Shown here: in pieces, positions 53,711 through 55,244 of the stretch
How the letters are laid out: each line of letters starts with the position of its first letter
How positions within the stretch are numbered: position 1 is the stretch's first letter
DNA from: Octopus bimaculoides
Lineage: Eukaryota
DNA length: 55,244 bases
Direction: 5' to 3'
Assembly: GCF_001194135.2 (NCBI RefSeq)
Contig: NC_068983.1
Span: 159,449,343-159,504,586 of the forward strand
Position numbers and translations under genes: made by a program
The notes under the pieces: model-generated
The model's input: only the letters and a program-made list of their open reading frames with translations
What the model was told of the DNA's origin: nothing
Databases searched by the model: none

Positions 53711-55244
53711 TATATATATGTTTATATACATACATACACATATATGATACTGACTAAGCTTAGATTTCGACGTTCCTGTACGAAACTAACGCCGGTAGAA
53801 AAAAGACTTAAACGGCACGATCTTCTATTCTGGTGCCCTTAAAAATATTCGTCATCATGCCTGTTAAAGAAATCATTATAAAATTTCTGGAAAAGCAATT
53901 TAGTAAGTTTATTTATTTATTTTTCTTTTTTGTAATGAATACTTTGAAAAATAATCTGTAAAAATTTGGCGTAGCATGAAAATTTATTAATAATGAAATT
54001 ATCAATTCCAATCATACGATACGATGATAAAATTTAAAGAAGAAAAGTAACAAATTTTTTTAAAAAGAAGTATATATTACAAATGACAAATTTCTGTGAA
54101 GTGAATTTTTTTCTGACAGAGTAAATATTTCTCTTAAATTATCAAAGAAATATTTATAGACCTTTCTTTCGGTTTATAACAAGATACATTTTTATAAGAA
54201 ATATTTCCTGACTATTTCTATGAAACGGAAAGCAGGCCAAAGATTGTCAGATGACATATATTGTTAACACGTAAGTATAATTAGAAAAAGTAAATATTTG
54301 CTCGAGAAAAATAAAGTGGTAAACGAAATAATTATAGTGCTATATTTTCCAATTCAATAAGGAATGAAGAGATAATTAAATTATCTCTGAACGAAATATA
54401 TTACAATCATGCTTATGAAGATATTTACGTTTGCAATTTTTTCTAACACCATGATTACGAATGAAGATGAGTTCGACACACATGAGGCAAAGACAGTTTT
54501 TCTACCTAGCATAATTCGTGTGTAGGGAAGGTATGAACATCACATCTACACATTTGCCAATTGATGATTTATCTATATAATGATTCAATTGCATCGATTC
54601 CTTTTTGTTTTGTTAGTAATTCTGAAGAAATGACAGGTAAAGTTGATTTCGATGTAACATGGACTTAGAATGCATAAGAAATAGAACATTAGAAATGCAC
54701 TTAGTCTGCCTTCCCACCACTTCTACTGAGTCACTGAACCAACATGATAAGACATAAGAAAATAAGACAATACTGAAACTCCGTAGCAGATGCATATAGT
54801 TTATTATTATCATGTCATGGTTATTTAAATGATGCTCCCAAATTACTTGAAAATAGGTGAACAGTATAGAATGTTGATACACAACCAATTATCTTAGAGC
54901 GTGACTTGATTTAGAATGCTAAATGAAGCAATTATATTTCCCTGATACCATTCATAAAACAATAAACCTTATTTCTTTTATGCGAATTAGAAGTTTTATA
55001 ATCCACATATGAAATGTAGATATACAAAAATTCGGTATGGAAATAGTTAATCTAATTCAGTTAAGCTGAGAAGTAACAATTGCTTAATTTAACAAGTAAA
55101 TTATAGCATACATCAAAATAATTTCCTTTCAAATAGGCTATATCGTCTCGTTTTATTAAAATAATTTGATTTCATTAAAATGTAAAAACAGGCGTAGTTT
55201 ATATGTGTGTACGTGTGTTTAGCATATATATATATATATATATA

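Overview
AT-rich animal genomic DNA, apparently intronic or intergenic. It has dense microsatellites and 8 N-gaps, each flanked by simple repeats. The SINE families resemble those I recall from octopus (coleoid cephalopod) genomes; that is inference from memory, not a database match. I cannot confidently identify any host protein-coding gene, true tRNA/rRNA gene or CRISPR array, and most listed ORFs are microsatellite or gap artefacts. What can be supported is a transposon graveyard: CR1/L2-like, RTE-like and R4/Dong-like (RLE) LINE fossils, mariner remnants and MITEs, four tRNA-derived SINE types, and a probable solo LTR. The most unusual structure is a set of four mutually unrelated 280-580 bp fold-back (palindromic) elements, each abutting a (TA)n or (CA)n microsatellite and each carrying hammerhead-like half-motifs near the inner arm ends. 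There is also a head-to-head palindromic mariner derivative and recurrent tail-to-tail RLE-LINE/SINE junctions. A few unexplained ORFs and candidate exons, mostly on the minus strand, are flagged at low confidence. All alignments, identities and boundaries were judged by eye.
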